From the NCBI RefSeq assembly GCF_009914755.1, contig NC_060931.1: DNA of 64,000 nt, one strand, 5' to 3'. The DNA comes from the human T2T-CHM13v2.0 reference genome, Homo sapiens. Both the position numbers and the translations under genes were made by a program. The notes beneath the pieces were generated by a model. That model searched no databases and was not told the origin of the DNA. It saw nothing but the letters and a program-made list of their open reading frames with translations. The stretch's first letter is position 1; every line of letters starts with the position of its first letter. Positions 12,801-27,219 of the stretch are shown in pieces.

Positions 12801-15800
12801 TCTTAGAGCAGTTTAGAAACACTCTGCTTGTTATGTCTGCAAGTGGATATTTGGACCTCTTTGAGGCCTTCGTTGCAAACGGGGTTTCTTCCTTTCATGC
12901 TAGACTAAGAAGAGTTCTCAGTAACTTTTTTGTGTTGTGTGTATTCAACTCACAGAGTTGAACCTTGCTTTAGAGAGAGCAGATTTGAAACACTCTTGCT
13001 GTGGCATTTTCAGGTGGAGATTTCAAGCGATTTGAGGACAATTGCAGAAAAGGAAATATCTTCGTATAATAACCAGACAGAATCATTCTCAGAAAGTGCT
13101 TTGTGATGTGTGCGTTCAACTCACAGAGTTTAACCTTTCTTTTCATAGAGGAGTTTGGAAACACACTGTTTGTAATGTCTGCAATTGGATATATGGACCT
13201 GTTTGAGGCCTTCGTTGGAAACGGGATTTCTTCATTGAATGCTAGACGGAAGAATTCTCAGTAAATTCTTTGTGTTGTGTGCATTCAACTCACAGAGTGG
13301 AACGTCCCTTTAGACAGAGCAGATTTGAAACACTTTTTGGCGGAATTTGCAAGTGGAGATTTCTAGCCATTTGATGCCAACAGTAGAAAGGGAAATATCT
13401 TCAAATAAAAACCAGACAGAATCATTCTCAGAAAATTCTTTGTGATGTGTGCGTTCAACTCACATAGTTTAACCTTTCTTTTCATAGAGCAGTTTGGAAA
13501 CACTCTGTTTGTAAAGTCTGCAAGTGGATATATGGACCGCATTGAGGCCATCGTTGGAAACGGGATTTCTTCATTTCATGCTAGACAGAAGAATTCTCAG
13601 TAACTTCTTTGTGCTGTGTGTATTCAACTCACAGAGTGGAACGTCCCTTTACACAGAGCAGATTTGAAACACTCTTTTTGTGGAGTTTGCAAGTGGAGAT
13701 TTCAAGCGATTTGATGCCAACAGTAGAAAAGGAAATATCTTCAAATAAAAACTAGACAGAATCATTCTCAGAAACTACTTTGTGATGTGTGCCTTCAACT
13801 CACAGAGTTTAACCTTTCTTTTCTTAGAGCAGTTTAGAAACACTCTGCTTGTTATGTCTGCAAGTGGATATTTGGACCTCTTTGAGGCCTTCGTTGCAAA
13901 CGGGGTTTCTTCCTTTAATGCTAGACTAAGAAGAGTTCTCAGTAACTTTTCTGTGTTGTGTGTATTCAACTCACAGAGTTGAACCTTGCTTTAGAGAGAG
14001 CAGATTTGAAACACTCTCGCTGTGGAATTTTCAGGTGGAGATTTCAAGCGATTTGAGGACAATTGCAGAAAAGGAAATATCTTCGTATAATAACCAGACA
14101 GAATCATTCTCAGAAAGTGCTTTGTGATGTGTGCGTTCAACTCACAGAGTTTAACCTTTCTTTTCATAGAGGAGTTTGGAAACACACTGTTTGTAAAGTC
14201 TACAATTGGATATATGGACCTGTTTGAGGCCTTCGTTGGAAACGGGATTTCATCATTGAATGCTAGACGGAAGGATTCTCAGTAAATTCTTTGTGTTGTG
14301 TGCATTCAACTCACAGAGTGGAACGTCCCTTTAGACAGAGCAGATTTGAAACACTCTTTTTGCGGAATTTGCAAGTGGAGATTTCTAGCCATTTGATGCC
14401 AACAGTAGAAAGGGAAATATCTTCAAATAAAAACCAGACAGAATCATTCTCAGAAAATTCTTTGTGATGTGTGCGTTCAACTCACATAGTTTAACCTTTC
14501 TTTTCATAGAGCAGTTTGGAAACACTCTGTTTGTAAAGTCTGCAAGTGGATATATGGACCGCATTGAGGCCTTCGTTGGAAACGGGATTTCTTCATTTCA
14601 TACTAGACAGAAGAATTCTCAGTAACTTCTTTGTGCTGTGTGTATTCAACTCACAGAGTGGAACGTCCCTTTGCACAGAGCAGATTTGGAACACTCTTTT
14701 TGTGGAGTTTGCTAGTGGAGATTTCAAGCGATTTGATGCCAACAGTAGAAAAGGAAATATCTTCAAATAAAAACTAGACAGAATCATTCTCAGAAACTAC
14801 TTTGTGATGTGTGCCTTTAACTCACAGAGTTTAACCTTTCTTTTCTTAGAGCAGTTTAGAAACACTCTGCTTGTTATGTCTGCAAGTGGATATTTGGACC
14901 TCTTTGAGGCCTTCGTTGCAAACGGGGTTTCTTCCTTTCATGCTAGACTAAGAAGAGTTCTCAGTAACTTTTTTGTGTTGTGTGTATTCAACTCACAGAG
15001 TTGAACCTTGCTTTAGAGAGAGCAGATTTGAAACACTCTTGCTGTGGCATTTTCAGGTGGAGATTTCAAGCGATTTGAGGACAATTGCAGAAAAGGAAAT
15101 ATCTTCGTATAATAACCAGACAGAATCATTCTCAGAAAGTGCGTTGTGATGTGTGCGTTCAACTCACAGAGTTTAACCTTTCTTTTCATAGAGGAGCTTG
15201 GAAACACACTGTTTGTAATGTCTGCAATTGGATATATGGACCTCTTTGAGGCCTCCGTTGGAAACGGGATTTCTTCATTGAATGCTAGACGGAAGAATTC
15301 TCAGTAAATTCTTTGTGTTGTGTGCATTGAACTCACAGAGTGGAACGTCCCTTTAGACAGAGCAGATTTGAAAAAACACTCTTTTTGCGGAATTTGCAAG
15401 TGGAGATTTCTAGCCATTTGATGTCAACAGTAGAAAGGGAAATATCTTCAAATAAAAACCAGACAGAATCATTCTCAGAAAATTCTTTGTGATGTGTGCG
15501 TTCAACTCACATAGTTTAACCTTTCTTTTCATAGAGCAGTTTGGAAACACTCTGTTTGTAAAGTCTGCAAGTGGATATATGGACCGCATTGAGGCCTTCG
15601 TTGGAAACGGGATTTCTTCATTTCATGCTAGACAGAAGAATTCTCAGTAACTTCTTTGTGCTGTGTGTATTCAACTCACAGAGTGGAACGTCCCTTTGCA
15701 CAGAGCAGATTTGAAACACTCTTTTTGTGGAGTTTGCAAGTGGAGATTTCAAGCGATTTTATGCCAACAGTAGAAAAGGAAATATCTTCAAATAAAAACT

Positions 15801-18800
15801 AGACAGAATCATTCTCAGAAACTGCTTTGTGATGTGTGCCTTCAACTCACAGAGTTTAACCTTTCTTTTCTTAGAGCAGTTTAGAAACACTCTGCTTGTT
15901 ATGTCTGCAAGTGGATATTTGGACCTCTTTGAGGCCTTCGTTGCAAACGGGGTTTCTTCCTTTAATGCTAGACTAAGAAGAGTTCTCAGTAACTTTTTTG
16001 TGTTGTGTGTATTCAACTCACAGAGTTGAACCTTGCTTTAGAGAGAGCAGATTTGAAACACTCTCGCTGTGGAATTTTCAGGTGGAGATTTCAAGCGATT
16101 TGAGGACAATTGCAGAAAAGGAAATATCTTCGTATAATAACCAGACAGAATCATTCTCAGAAAGTGCTTTGTGATGTGTGCGTTCAACTCACAGAGTTTA
16201 ACCTTTCTTTTCATAGAGGAGTTTGGAAACACACTGTTTGTAAAGTCTGCAATTGGATATATGGACCTGTTTGAGGCCTTCGTTGGAAACGGGATTTCTT
16301 CATTGAATGCTAGACGGAAGGATTCTCAGTAAATTCTTTGTGTTGTGTGCATTCAACTCACAGAGTGGAACGTCCCTTTAGACAGAGCAGATTTGAAACA
16401 CTCTTTTTGCGGAATTTGCAAGTGGAGATTTCTAGCCATTTGATGCCAACAGTAGAAAGGGAAATATCTTCAAATAAAAACCAGACAGAATCATTCTCAG
16501 AAAATTCTTTGTGATGTGTGCGTTCAACTCACATAGTTTAACCTTTCTTTTCATAGAGCAGTTTGGAAACACTCTGTTTGTAAAGTCTGCAAGTGGATAT
16601 ATGGACCGCATTGAGGCCTTCGTTGGAAACGGGATTTCTTCATTTCATACTAGACAGAAGAATTCTCAGTAACTTCTTTGTGCTGTGTGTATTCAACTCA
16701 CAGAGTGGAACGTCCCTTTGCACAGAGCAGATTTGAAACACTCTTTTTGTGGAGTTTGCAAGTGGAGATTTCAAGCGATTTGATGCCAACAGTAGAAAAG
16801 GAAATATCTTCAAATAAAAACTAGACAGAATCATTCTCAGAAACTACTTTGTGATGTGTGCCTTTAACTCACAGAGTTTAACCTTTCTTTTCTTAGAGCA
16901 GTTTAGAAACACTCTGCTTGTTATGTCTGCAAGTGGATATTTGGACCTCTTTGAGGCCTTCGTTGCAAACGGGGTTTCTTCCTTTCATGCTAGACTAAGA
17001 AGAGTTCTCAGTAACTTTTTTGTGTTGTGTGTATTCAACTCACAGAGTTGAACCTTGCTTTAGAGAGAGCAGATTTGAAACACTCTTGCTGTGGCATTTT
17101 CAGGTGGAGATTTCAAGCGATTTGAGGACAATTGCAGAAAAGGAAATATCTTCGTATAATAACCAGACAGAATCATTCTCAGAAAGTGCTTTGTGATGTG
17201 TGCGTTCAACTCACAGAGTTTAACCTTTCTTTTCATAGAGGAGTTTGGAAACACACTGTTTGTAAAGTCTGCAATTGGATATATGGACCTGTTTGAGGCC
17301 TCCGTTGGAAACGGGATTTCTTCATTGAATGCTAGACGGAAGAATTCTCAGTAAATTCTTTGTGTTGTGTGCATTGAACTCACAGAGTGGAACGTCCCTT
17401 TAGACAGAGCAGATTTGAAACACTCTTTTTGCGGAATTTGCAAGTGGAGATTTCTAGCCATTTGATGCCAACAGTAGAAAGGGAAATATCTTCAAATAAA
17501 AACCAGACAGAATCATTCTCAGAAAATTCTTTGTGATGTGTGCGTTCAACTCACATAGTTTAACCTTTCTTTTCATAGAGCAGTTTGGAAACACTCTGTT
17601 TGTAAAGTCTGCAAGTGGATATATGGACCGCATTGAGGCCTTCGTTGGAAACGGGATTTCTTCATTTCATGCTAGACAGAAGAATTCTCAGTAACTTCTT
17701 TGTGCTGTGTGTATTCAACTCACAGAGTGGAACGTCCCTTTGCACAGAGCAGATTTGAAACACTCTTTTTGTGGAGTTTGCAAGTGGAGATTTCAAGCGA
17801 TTTGATGCCAACAGTAGAAAAGGAAGTATCTTCAAATAAAAACTAGACAGAATCATTCTCAGAAACTACTTTGTGATGTGTGCCTTCAACTCACCGAGTT
17901 TAACCTTTCTTTTCTGAGAGCAGCTTAGAAACACTCTGCTTGTTATGTCTGCAAGTTGATATTTGGACCTCTTTGAGGCCTTCGTTGCAAACGGGGTTTC
18001 TTCCTTTAATGCTAGACTAAGAAGAGTTCTCAGTAACTTTTTTGTGTTGTGTGTATTCAACTCACAGAGTTGAACCTTGCTTTAGAGAGAGCAGATTTGA
18101 AACACTCTTGCTGTGGCATTTTCTGGTGGAGATTTCAAGCGATTTGAGGACAATTGCAGAAAAGGAAATATCTTCGTATAATAACCAGACAGAATCATTC
18201 TCAGAAAGTGCTTTGTGATGTGTGCGTTCAACTCACAGAGTTTAACCTTTCTTTTCATAGAGGAGTTTGGAAACACACTGTTTGTAATGTCTGCAATTGG
18301 ATATATGGACCTGTTTGAGGCCTTCGTTGGAAACGGGATTTCTTCATTGAATGCTAGACGGAAGAATTCTCAGTAAATTCTTTGTGTTGTGTGCATTCAA
18401 CTCACAGAGTGGAACGTCCCTTTAGACAGAGCAGATTTGAAACACTTTTTAGCGGAATTTGCAAGTGGAGATTTCTAGCCATTTGATGCCAACAGTAGAA
18501 AGGGAAATATCTTCAAATAAAAACCAGACAGAATCATTCTCAGAAAATTCTTTGTGATGTGTGCGTTCAACTCACATAGTTTAACCTTTCTTTTCATAGA
18601 GCAGTTTGGAAACACTCTGTTTGTAAAGTCTGCTAGTGGATATATGGACCGCATTGAGGCCTTCGTTGGAAACGGGATTTCTTCATTTCATGCTAGACAG
18701 AAGAATTCTCAGTAACTTCTTTGTGCTGTGTGTATTCAACTCACAGAGTGGAACGTCCCTTTACACAGAGCAGATTTGAAACACTCTTTTTGTGGAGTTT

Positions 18801-21800
18801 GCAAGTGGAGATTTCAAGCGATTTGATGCCAACAGTAGAAAAGGAAATATCTTCAAATAAAAACTAGACAGAATCATTCTCAGAAACTACTTTGTGATGT
18901 GTGCCTTCAACTCACAGAGTTTAACCTTTCTTTTCTTAGAGCAGTTTAGAAACACTCTGCTTGTTATGTCTGCAAGTGGATATTTGGACCTCTTTGAGGC
19001 CTTCGTTGCAAACGGGGTTTCTTCCTTTAATGCTAGACTAAGAAGAGTTCTCAGTAACTTTTTTGTGTTGTGTGTATTCAACTCACAGAGTTGAACCTTG
19101 CTTTAGAGAGAGCAGATTTGAAACACTCTCGCTGTGGAATTTTCAGGTGGAGATTTCAAGCGATTTGAGGACAATTGCAGAAAAGGAAATATCTTCGTAT
19201 AATAACCAGACAGAATCATTCTCAGAAAGTGCTTTGTGATGTGTGCGTTCAACTCACAGAGTTTAACCTTTCTTTTCATAGAGGAGTTTGGAAACACACT
19301 GTTTGTAAAGTCTGCAATTGGATATATGGACCTGTTTGAGGCCTTCGTTGGAAACGGGATTTCTTCATTGAATGCTAGACGGAAGGATTCTCAGTAAATT
19401 CTTTGTGTTGTGTGCATTCAACTCACAGAGTGGAACGTCCCTTTAGACAGAGCAGATTTGAAACACTCTTTTTGCGGAATTTGCAAGTGGAGATTTCTAG
19501 CCATTTGATGCCAACAGTAGAAAGGGAAATATCTTCAAATAAAAACCAGACAGAATCATTCTCAGAAAATTCTTTGTGATGTGTGCGTTCAACTCACATA
19601 GTTTAACCTTTCTTTTCATAGAGCAGTTTGGAAACACTCTGTTTGTAAAGTCTGCAAGTGGATATATGGACCGCATTGAGGCCTTCGTTGGAAACGGGAT
19701 TTCTTCATTTCATACTAGACAGAAGAATTCTCAGTAACTTCTTTGTGCTGTGTGTATTCAACTCACAGAGTGGAACGTCCCTTTGCACAGAGCAGATTTG
19801 AAACACTCTTTTTGTGGAGTTTGCAAGTGGAGATTTCAAGCGATTTGATGCCAACAGTAGAAAAGGAAATATCTTCAAATAAAAACTAGACAGAATCATT
19901 CTCAGAAACTACTTTGTGATGTGTGCATTTAACTCACAGAGTTTAACCTTTCTTTTCTTAGAGCAGTTTAGAAACACTCTGCTTGATATGTCTGCAAGTG
20001 GATATTTGGACCTCTTTGAGGCCTTCGTTGCAAACGGGGTTTCTTCCTTTAATGCTAGACTAAGAAGAGTTCTCAGTAACTTTTTTGTGTTGTGTGTATT
20101 CAACTCACAGAGTTGAACCTTGCTTTAGAGAGAGCAGATTTGAAACACTCTTGCTGTGGCATTTTCAGGTGGAGATTTCAAGCGATTTGAGGACAATTGC
20201 AGAAAAGGAAATATCTTCGTATAATAACCAGACAGAATCATTCTCAGAAAGTGCTTTGTGATGTGTGCGTTCAACTCACAGAGTTTAACCTTTCTTTTCA
20301 TAGAGGAGTTTGGAAACACACTGTTTGTAAAGTCTGCAATTGGATATATGGACCTGTTTGAGGCCTCCGTTGGAAACGGGATTTCTTCATTGAATGCTAG
20401 ACAGAAGAAATCTCAGTAAATTCTTTGTGTTGTGTGCATTCAACTCACAGAGTGGAACGTGCCTTTAGACAGAGCAGATTTGAAACACTCTTTTTGCGGA
20501 ATTTGCAAGTGGAGATTTCTAGCCATTTGATGCCAACAGTAGAAAGGGAAATATCTTCAAATAAAAACCAGACAGAATCATTCTCAGAAAATTCTTTGTG
20601 ATGTGTGCGTTCAACTCACATAGTTTAACCTTTCTTTTCATAGAGCAGTTTGGAAACACTCTGTTTGTAATGTCTGCAAGTGGATATATGGACGGCATTG
20701 AGGCCTTCGTTGGAAACGGGATTTCTTCATTTCATGCTAGACAGAAGAATTCTCAGTAACTTCTTTGTGCTGTGTGTATTCAACTCACAGAGTGGAACGT
20801 CCCTTTGCACAGAGCAGATTTGAAACACTCTTTTTGTGGAGTTTGCAAGTGGAGATTTCAAGCGATTTGATGCCAACAGTAGAAAAGGAAGTATCTTCAA
20901 ATAAAAACTAGACAGAATCATTCTCAGAAACTACTTTGTGATGTGTGCCTTCAACTCACCGAGTTTAACCTTTCTTTTCTGAGAGCAGCTTAGAAACACT
21001 CTGCTTGTTATGTCTGCAAGTTGATATTTGGACCTCTTTGAGGCCTTCGTTGCAAGCGGGGTTTCTTCCTTTAATGCTAGACTAAGAAGAGTTCTCAGTA
21101 ACTTTTTTGTGTTGTGTGTATTCAACTCACAGAGTTGAACCTTGCTTTAGAGAGAGCAGATTTGAAACACTCTTGCTGTGGCATTTTCAGGTGGAGATTT
21201 CAAGCGATTTGAGGACAATTGCAGAAAAGGAAATATCTTCGTATAATAACCAGACAGAATCATTCTCAGAAAGTGCTTTGTGATGTGTGCGTTCAACTCA
21301 CAGAGTTTAACCTTTCTTTTCATAGAGGAGTTTGGAAACACACTGTTTGTAATGTCTGCAATTGGATATATGGACCTGTTTGAGGCCTTCGTTGGAAACG
21401 GGATTTCTTCATTGAATGCTAGACGGAAGAATTCTCAGTAAATTCTTTGTGTTGTGTGCATTCAACTCACAGAGTGGAACGTCCCTTTAGACAGAGCAGA
21501 TTTGAAACACTTTTTGGCGGAATTTGCAAGTGGAGATTTCTAGCCATTTGATGCCAACAGTAGAAAGGGAAATATCTTCAAATAAAAACCAGACAGAATC
21601 ATTCTCAGAAAATTCTTTGTGATGTGTGCGTTCAACTCACATAGTTTAACCTTTCTTTTCATAGAGCAGTTTGGAAACACTCTGTTTGTAAAGTCTGCAA
21701 GTGGATATATGGACCGCATTGAGGCCTTCGTTGGAAACGGGATTTCTTCATTTCATGCTAGACAGAAGAATTCTCAGTAACTTCTTTGTGCTGTGTGTAT

Positions 21801-23811
21801 TCAACTCACAGAGTGGAACGTCCCTTTGCACAGAGCAGATTTGAAACACTCTTTTTGTGGAGTTTGCAAGTGGAGATTTCAAGCGATTTGATGCCAACAG
21901 TAGAAAAGGAAATATCTTCAAATAAAAACTAGACAGAATCATTCTCAGAAACTACTTTGTGATGTGTGCCTTCAACTCACAGAGTTTAACCTTTCTTTTC
22001 TTAGAGCAGTTTAGAAACACTCTGCTTGTTATGTCTGCAAGTGGATATTTGGACCTCTTTGAGGCCTTCGTTGCAAACGGGGTTTCTTCCTTTCATGCTA
22101 GACTAAGAAGAGTTCTCAGTAACTTTTTTGTGTTGTGTGTATTCAACTCACAGAGTTGAACCTTGCTTTAGAGAGAGCAGATTTGAAACACTCTTGCTGT
22201 GGCATTTTCAGGTGGAGATTTCAAGCGATTTGAGGACAATTGCAGAAAAGGAAATATCTTCGTATAATAACCAGACAGAATCATTCTCAGAAAGTGCTTT
22301 GTGATGTGTGCGTTCAACTCACAGAGTTTAACCTTTCTTTTCATAGAGGAGTTTGGAAACACACTGTTTGTAAGGACTGCAAGTGGATATATGGACCTGT
22401 TTGAGGCCTTCGTTGGAAACGGGATTTCTTCATTGAATGCTAGACGGAAGAATTCTCAGTAAATTCTTTGTGTTCTGTGCATTCAACTCACAGAGTGGAA
22501 CGTCCCTTTAGACACAGCAGATTTGAAACACTCTTTTTGCGGAATTTGCAAGTGGAGATTTCTAGCCATTTGATGCCAACAGTAGAAAGGGAAATATCTT
22601 CAAATAAAAACCAGACAGAATCATTCTCAGCAAATTCTTTGTGATGTGTGCGTTCAACTCACATAGTTTAACCTTTCTTTTCATAGAGCAGTTTGGAAAC
22701 ACTCTGTTTGTAAAGTCTGCAAGTGGATATATGGACCGCATTGAGGCCTTCGTTGGAAACGGGATTTCTTCATTTCATGCTAGACAGAAGAATTCTCAGT
22801 AACTTCTTTGTGCTGTGTGTATTCAACTCACAGAGTGGAACGTCCCTTTACACAGAGCAGATTTGAAACACTCTTTTTGTGGAGTTTGCAAGTGGAGATT
22901 TCAAGCGATTTGATGCCAACAGTAGAAAAGGAAATATCTTCAAATAAAAACTAGACAGAATCATTCTCAGAAACTACTTTGTGATGTGTGCCTTCAACTC
23001 ACAGAGTTTAACCTTTCTTTTCTTAGAGCAGTTTAGAAACACTCTGCTTGTTATGTCTGCAAGTGGATATTTGGACCTCTTTGAGGCCTTCGTTGCAAAC
23101 GGGGTTTCTTCCTTTCATGCTAGACTAAGAAGAGTTCTCAGTAACTTTTTTGTGTTGTGTGTATTCAACTCACAGAGTTGAACCTTGCTTTAGAGAGAGC
23201 AGATTTGAAACACTCTTGCTGTGGCATTTTCAGGTGGAGATTTCAAGCGATTTGAGGACAATTGCAGAAAAGGAAATATCTTCGTATAATAACCAGACAG
23301 AATCATTCTCAGAAAGTGCTTTGTGATGTGTGCGTTCAACTCACAGAGTTTAACCTTTCTTTTCATAGAGGAGTTTGGAAACACACTGTTTGTAAAGTCT
23401 GCAAGTGGATATATGGACCTGTTTGAGGCCTTCGTTGGAAACGGGATTTCTTCATTGAATGCTAGACGGAAGAATTCTCAGTAAATTCTTTGTGTTGTGT
23501 GCATTCAACTCACAGAGTGGAACGTCCCTTTAGACAGAGCAGATTTGAAACACTCTTTTTGCGGAATTTGCAAGTGGAGATTTCTAGCCATTTGATGCCA
23601 ACAGTAGAAAGGGAAATATCTTCAAATAAAAACCAGACAGAATCATTCTCAGAAAATTCTTTGTGATGTGTGCGTTCAACTCACATAGTTTAACCTTTCT
23701 TTTCATAGAGCAGTTTGGAAACACTCTGTTTGTAAAGTCTGCAAGTGGATATATGGACCGCATTGAGGCCTTCGTTGGAAACGGGATTTCTTCATTTCAT
23801 GCTAGACAGAA

Positions 23812-24493
23812 GAATTCTCAGTAACTTCTTTGTGCTGTGTGTATTCAACTCACAGAGTGGAACGTCCCTTTGCACAGAGCAGATTTGAAACACTCTTTTT
23901 GTGGAGTTTGCTAGTGGAGATTTCAAGCGATTTGATGCCAACAGTAGAAAAGGAAATATCTTCAAATAAAAACTAGACAGAATCATTCTCAGAAACTACT
24001 TTGTGATGTGTGCCTTCAACTCACAGAGTTTAACCTTTCTTTTCTTAGAGCAGTTTAGAAACACTCTGCTTGTTATGTCTGCAAGTGGATATTTGGACCT
24101 CTTTGAGGCCTTCGTTGCAAACGGGGTTTCTTCCTTTCATGCTAGACTAAGAAGAGTTCTCAGTAACTTTTTTGTGTTGTGTGTATTCAACTCACAGAGT
24201 TGAACCTTGCTTTAGAGAGAGCAGATTTGAAACACTCTTGCTGTGGCATTTTCAGGTGGAGATTTCAAGCGATTTGAGGACAATTGCAGAAAAGGAAATA
24301 TCTTCGTATAATAACCAGACAGAATCATTCTCAGAAAGTGCTTTGTGATGTGTGCGTTCAACTCACAGAGTTTAACCTTTCTTTTCATAGAGGAGTTTGG
24401 AAACACACTGTTTGTAATGTCTGCAATTGGATATATGGACCTGTTTGAGGCCTTCGATGGAAACGGGATTTCTTCATTGAATGCTAGACAGAA
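23812..24493 (+). repeat. 4-mer (682 bp) structural-variant HOR, copy 1 (340-bp dimer deleted)
   Basis: GAATTCTCAGTAACTTC recurs after 682 bp instead of 1022. Junction CATTGA-ATGCTAGAC-AGAAGAATTCTCAGTAACTTC at 24481-24489. Confidence 0.95.
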
Positions 24494-26537
24494 GAATTCT
24501 CAGTAACTTCTTTGTGCTGTGTGTATTCAACTCACAGAGTGGAACGTCCCTTTGCACAGAGCAGATTTGAAACACTCTTTTTGTGGAGTTTGCTAGTGGA
24601 GATTTCAAGCGATTTGATGCCAACAGTAGAAAAGGAAATATCTTCAAATAAAAACTAGACAGAATCATTCTCAGAAACTACTTTGTGATGTGTGCCTTTA
24701 ACTCATAGAGTTTAACCTTTCTTTTCATAGAGCAGTTTGGAAACACTCTGTTTGTAAAGTCTGCAAGTGGATATTTGGACCTCTTTGAGGCCTTCGTTGC
24801 AAACGGGGTTTCTTCCTTTCATGCTAGACTAAGAAGAGTTCTCAGTAACTTTTTTGTGTTGTGTGTATTCAACTCACAGAGTTGAACCTTGCTTTAGAGA
24901 GAGCAGATTTGAAACACTCTTGCTGTGGCATTTTCAGGTGGAGATTTCAAGCGATTTGAGGACAATTGCAGAAAAGGAAATATCTTCGTATAATAACCAG
25001 ACAGAATCATTCTCAGAAAGTGCGTTGTGATGTGTGCGTTCAACTCACAGAGTTTAACCTTTCTTTTCATAGAGGAGCTTGGAAACACACTGTTTGTAAT
25101 GTCTGCAATTGGATATATGGACCTGTTTGAGGCCTCCGTTGGAAACGGGATTTCTTCATTGAATGCTAGACGGAAGAATTCTCAGTAAATTCTTTGTGTT
25201 GTGTGCATTCAACTCACAGAGTGGAACGTCCCTTTAGACAGAGCAGATTTGAAACACTCTTTTTGCGGAATTTGCAAGTGGAGATTTCTAGCCATTTGAT
25301 GTCAACAGTAGAAAGGGAAATATCTTCAAATAAAAACCAGACAGAATCATTCTCAGAAAATTCGTTGTGATGTGTGTGTTCAACTCAAATAGTTTAACCT
25401 TTCTTTTCATAGAGCAGTTTGGAAACACTCTGTTTGTAAAGTCTGCAAGTGGATATATGGACCGCATTGAGGCCTTCGTTGGAAACGGGATTTCTTCATT
25501 TCATGCTAGACAGAAGAATTCTCAGTAACTTCTTTGTGCTGTGTGTATTCAACTCACAGAGTGGAACGTCCCTTTGCACAGAGCAGATTTGAAACACTCT
25601 TTTTGTGGAGTTTGCAAGTGGAGATTTCAAGCGATTTTATGCCAACAGTAGAAAAGGAAATATCTTCAAATAAAAACTAGACAGAATCATTCTCAGAAAC
25701 TACTTTGTGATGTGTGCCTTCAACTCACAGAGTTTAACCTTTCTTTTCTTAGAGCAGTTTAGAAACACTCTGCTTGTTATGTCTGCAAGTGGATATTTGG
25801 ACCTCTTTGAGGCCTTCGTTGCAAACGGGGTTTCTTCCTTTAATGCTAGACTAAGAAGAGTTCTCAGTAACTTTTTTGTGTTGTGTGTATTCAACTCACA
25901 GAGTTGAACCTTGCTTTAGAGAGAGCAGATTTGAAACACTCTCGCTGTGGAATTTTCAGGTGGAGATTTCAAGCGATTTGAGGACAATTGCAGAAAAGGA
26001 AATATCTTCGTATAATAACCAGACAGAATCATTCTCAGAAAGTGCTTTGTGATGTGTGCGTTCAACTCACAGAGTTTAACCTTTCTTTTCATAGAGGAGT
26101 TTGGAAACACACTGTTTGTAAAGTCTGCAATTGGATATATGGACCTGTTTGAGGCCTTCGTTGGAAACGGGATTTCTTCATTGAATGCTAGACGGAAGGA
26201 TTCTCAGTAAATTCTTTGTGTTGTGTGCATTCAACTCACAGAGTGGAACGTCCCTTTAGACAGAGCAGATTTGAAACACTCTTTTTGCGGAATTTGCAAG
26301 TGGAGATTTCTAGCCATTTGATGCCAACAGTAGAAAGGGAAATATCTTCAAATAAAAACCAGACAGAATCATTCTCAGAAAATTCTTTGTGATGTGTGCG
26401 TTCAACTCACATAGTTTAACCTTTCTTTTCATAGAGCAGTTTGGAAACACTCTGTTTGTAAAGTCTGCAAGTGGATATATGGACCGCATTGAGGCCTTCG
26501 TTGGAAACGGGATTTCTTCATTTCATACTAGACAGAA

Positions 26538-27219
26538 GAATTCTCAGTAACTTCTTTGTGCTGTGTGTATTCAACTCACAGAGTGGAACGTCCCTTTGCA
26601 CAGAGCAGATTTGAAACACTCTTTTTGTGGAGTTTGCAAGTGGAGATTTCAAGCGATTTGATGCCAACAGTAGAAAAGGAAATATCTTCAAATAAAAACT
26701 AGACAGAATCATTCTCAGAAACTACTTTGTGATGTGTGCCTTCAACTCACAGAGTTTAACCTTTCTTTTCTTAGAGCAGCTTAGAAACACTCTGCTTGTT
26801 ATGTCTGCAAGTGGATATTTGGACCTCTTTGAGGCCTTCGTTGCAAACGGGGTTTCTTCCTTTAATGCTAGACTAAGAAGAGTTCTCAGTAACTTTTTTG
26901 TGTTGTGTGTATTCAACTCACAGAGTTGAACCTTGCTTTAGAGAGAGCAGATTTGAAACACTCTTGCTGTGGCATTTTCAGGTGGAGATTTCAAGCGATT
27001 TGAGGACAATTGCAGAAAAGGAAATATCTTCGTATAATAACCAGACAGAATCATTCTCAGAAAGTGCGTTGTGATGTGTGCGTTCAACTCACAGAGTTTA
27101 ACCTTTCTTTTCATAGAGGAGCTTGGAAACACACTGTTTGTAATGTCTGCAATTGGATATATGGACCTGTTTGAGGCCTTCGTTGGAAACGGGATTTCTT
27201 CATTGAATGCTAGACAGAA
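26538..27219 (+). repeat. 4-mer (682 bp) structural-variant HOR, copy 2
   Basis: Same 682-bp spacing and the same junction sequence at 27207-27215, 2726 bp after the first. Confidence 0.95.

Noticed and set aside
20395-20415. Possible third 4-mer junction (GAATGCTAGACAGAAG)
   Set aside because: It is followed by the normal CAGTAAATTC monomer and the spacing stays 1022 bp. These are only point changes.
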